A stretch of 36,394 bases of DNA from an uncultured bacterium (GTDB lineage: Bacteria > DAOPZR01), in NCBI GenBank assembly GCA_964637655.1, contig CAZWUZ010000005.1, positions 1 through 36,394 of the forward strand. Direction: 5' to 3'. A model generated the notes under the pieces. That model saw only the letters and a list, made by a program, of their open reading frames with translations. It was not told the origin of the DNA and did not search any database. Positions within the stretch are counted from its first letter, which is position 1. The number at the start of each line of letters is the position of its first letter. The translations under genes were made by a program, and so were the position numbers. Below, one piece after another: positions 34,236 to 36,394 of the stretch.

Positions 34236-35633
34236 ATGTCCGACGTTGTCAACAAACTATGGGGCTTCTGCCACACGCTGCGGCACGATGGCGTAGACTA
34301 CGGCGACTACATCGAGCAGTTGACCTACCTGCTGTTCCTCAAGATGGCTGACGAGAAGGAAGTTGCCATTCCCAGGAATTGCGACTGGTCCAGTCTGAAG
34401 AGCCGCTCGGGGAACGACCTGCTTGACCACTACACCGACATCCTGCGCAAGCTGCGCGAGGAGAAGGGCATCCTAGGCGACATCTTCGCGCAGTCCGCGC
34501 CGCGGTTCAACAATCCGGTTAACCTCAAGCGCGTCATCACCATGATTGACGATGAAGACTGGTCGTCCATGGACGTTGACGTGAAGGGGGCCGCTTTCGA
34601 GGGGCTTCTCGAAAAGGCCGCGAGCGAGGGAAAGAAGGGGGCAGGGCAATACTTTACACCCCGGGTGCTTATCCAGTCCATCGTGCGGGTGATGAAGCCG
34701 GACCCGCGCGGCAAGCGGGAATTCAAGGTTTGCGACCCTGCCTGCGGCACAGGCGGTTTCCTCGTCTGTGCCTACGAGTGGCTGATGACGCAGTCCAAGG
34801 GCGGCGCGCTCGACCGGGGCGAGGTCAAGCGCATTAAGAAGCAGACTTATTACGGGCAGGACTTGGTTCCCAGGCCGCGCCGCTTGGCGCTCATGAACCT
34901 CTACCTGCACGGGGTCGAGCCGCACATCTACCTCGGTGACACCATTTACGAGAAGGACCGGGGCGAAAAGTACGAGGTGGTGCTGACCAATCCGCCGTTC
35001 GGGACTAAGGGTGCAAACCAGGCCCCGGAACGCGATGATTTTACGGTTGAAACCTCGTCGAAGCAGCTAAACATTGTCCAGCACGTCATGACCATACTGA
35101 AACCCGGTGGCCGGGCTGCCATCGTTTTGCCAGACAACTGCCTGTTCGAGGGCAAAGCGGGGGAAGTCTTCAAGATATTGATGCAGGACTGCAACCTGCA
35201 TACCGTACTGCGCTTGCCGCGGGGGACCTTCACGCCGTATAGCCAGGGTGTGAAGGCCAACGTCATCTTCCTGCAAAAGGGGCTGCCGACCGAGCTTGTG
35301 TGGATATTCGATGCCCGGTCGAACGTGCCGGGCATCACAAAGAAGGACCGGCCGCTTTCAGCCGAGCACTTCGCCGAGTTCGAAAAGTGCTACGGGAACG
35401 ACCCGAATGGCTTGAGCAAACGGAAGGACCTGGGCGAAGAGGGGCGCTTCCGGCGCTTCCATATCGAGGATATCAAGGCGCGGGACTTCAAGCTCGATGT
35501 CACCTGGCTCAAGGACGATTCGCTTGAGGATGCTGACGACCTGCCCGAGCCGGGTGAACTGGCGGGCGAAGCCATCACGGAACTGGAAGCTATTGTTGTT
35601 GATTTGAAGGCGATAATCAGGTTAGTGAAATAA
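34236..35633 (+). CDS. hsdM: Type I R-M N6-adenine methyltransferase subunit M
   Basis: LWGFCHTLRHDG; GAGQYFTPR; DPACGTGGFL; TNPPF; VLRLPRGTF. Confidence 0.97.
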   Translation: MSDVVNKLWGFCHTLRHDGVDYGDYIEQLTYLLFLKMADEKEVAIPRNCDWSSLKSRSGNDLLDHYTDILRKLREEKGILGDIFAQSAPRFNNPVNLKRVITMIDDEDWSSMDVDVKGAAFEGLLEKAASEGKKGAGQYFTPRVLIQSIVRVMKPDPRGKREFKVCDPACGTGGFLVCAYEWLMTQSKGGALDRGEVKRIKKQTYYGQDLVPRPRRLALMNLYLHGVEPHIYLGDTIYEKDRGEKYEVVLTNPPFGTKGANQAPERDDFTVETSSKQLNIVQHVMTILKPGGRAAIVLPDNCLFEGKAGEVFKILMQDCNLHTVLRLPRGTFTPYSQGVKANVIFLQKGLPTELVWIFDARSNVPGITKKDRPLSAEHFAEFEKCYGNDPNGLSKRKDLGEEGRFRRFHIEDIKARDFKLDVTWLKDDSLEDADDLPEPGELAGEAITELEAIVVDLKAIIRLVK

Positions 35634-36313
35634 TGATTGTCAAATCGAGTGAAACTGTTGCCGCACATATTTCCAATGGGGCGTGGTTGGTTTATGTGGA
35701 TGCGTGTGTCCTGAAAGATGGTATTCAGAGCGTAACCAGAGCAGTGCCTGTGCCGAATGCCGGCATATATAGAATTGCAGATATCCATACGCGTGATAGG
35801 ATAAAGGAAAAACCCGGGCAAGAAGCCAAGCTACGCGAGTTGGATTCATTGCCGAAAATTGCCGAGCTGGCGAAAATGGGAAAAATCGTGCTCATCTGTC
35901 AGTTTGAAATGATTCAAGAATTACTTGGCACTGTAACCATTGGCCCAAGAAAAAGCTGTTTTGATGACGTGGAAATTGTAGAAGTTGAAGCACCGATACA
36001 GTATTCTCGTTTTTTAACTGGTCCAAACCAAAACGCGGCGGAAATTCAGTATAACTTCATGTGCCAGATTAAGAATAAGCGCTTTCAGGAATTGCAGAAA
36101 GCGACAGGCGCCTTTCAAGGGAATAATGCCTTGAATAGAAATCAGCTTGCAGACGCATTCCATATCTGGTGCGCTGAATTTAACCAAGCCGAGTATTTCC
36201 TGACGATGGATTTCAAATTGATTAACATCACTAACAGTCAGAAAACCAATAAGCCAAAAGTAAAGGTGGTCCGCCCCACGACTTTGATAGAAGAGATTGC
36301 TAATGCAGCATAG
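35633..36313 (+). CDS. PIN-domain-like protein
   Basis: VYVDACV (first Asp); LADAFHIWCAE; YFLTMDFKL; TAATG overlap with hsdM; AT-rich. Confidence 0.65.
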   Translation: MIVKSSETVAAHISNGAWLVYVDACVLKDGIQSVTRAVPVPNAGIYRIADIHTRDRIKEKPGQEAKLRELDSLPKIAELAKMGKIVLICQFEMIQELLGTVTIGPRKSCFDDVEIVEVEAPIQYSRFLTGPNQNAAEIQYNFMCQIKNKRFQELQKATGAFQGNNALNRNQLADAFHIWCAEFNQAEYFLTMDFKLINITNSQKTNKPKVKVVRPTTLIEEIANAA

Positions 36314-36344
36314 CGTTTCTACTGCTCGCCTACCGAAAGTGCGT

Positions 36345-36394
36345 ATTCTGACAAACCTCGCCGCCCCATTCTGATAAACTTCGCCGGGTGATTC
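36345..36394 (+). repeat. Direct repeats with 23-bp period, cut by the window edge
   Basis: ATTCTGACAAACCTCGCCG (36345), ATTCTGATAAACTTCGCCG (36368) and ATTC (36391). Confidence 0.75.

Noticed and set aside
1-36394. tRNA, rRNA, integrase or IS transposase genes
   Set aside because: None recognised by eye; tRNAscan-SE and HMM searches would be needed to exclude divergent ones.

Overview
Accessory, mosaic bacterial region with four parts. (1) 41-13671 (+): an integron-like gene-cassette array. Five complete and two degenerate attC-type sites separate mostly secreted or lipoprotein ORFs. The array includes a 9.2 kb attC-free block carrying two paralogous exported proteins plus a radical SAM/SPASM enzyme, and a two-gene cassette encoding a membrane protein and a ThsB-like TIR protein. 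No integrase is visible in the window. (2) 13733-20308 (-): a GntR(YtrA)-ABC transporter operon with three permease genes and a clear promoter/operator. (3) 20373-28900 (-): a tightly coupled run of about 12 genes that looks like an unclassified mobile element. It encodes a small HUH (Rep-like) endonuclease, a DnaQ-fold protein with degenerate catalytic residues, an RHH-like protein, a sigma-70 region-4 protein, an anchor-less VirD4/TraD-like ATPase and a ClpP protease. (4) 29112-36394 (+): a defence cluster of Schlafen/AlbA_2-ATPase, HEPN protein, type I R-M hsdR and hsdM, and a PIN-like protein; hsdS is not in the window. The window ends in 23-bp-period direct repeats. All family assignments come from motif recognition by eye; no database search was run. 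Several starts were moved from the ORF track to ATGs supported by an RBS or a stop/start overlap.
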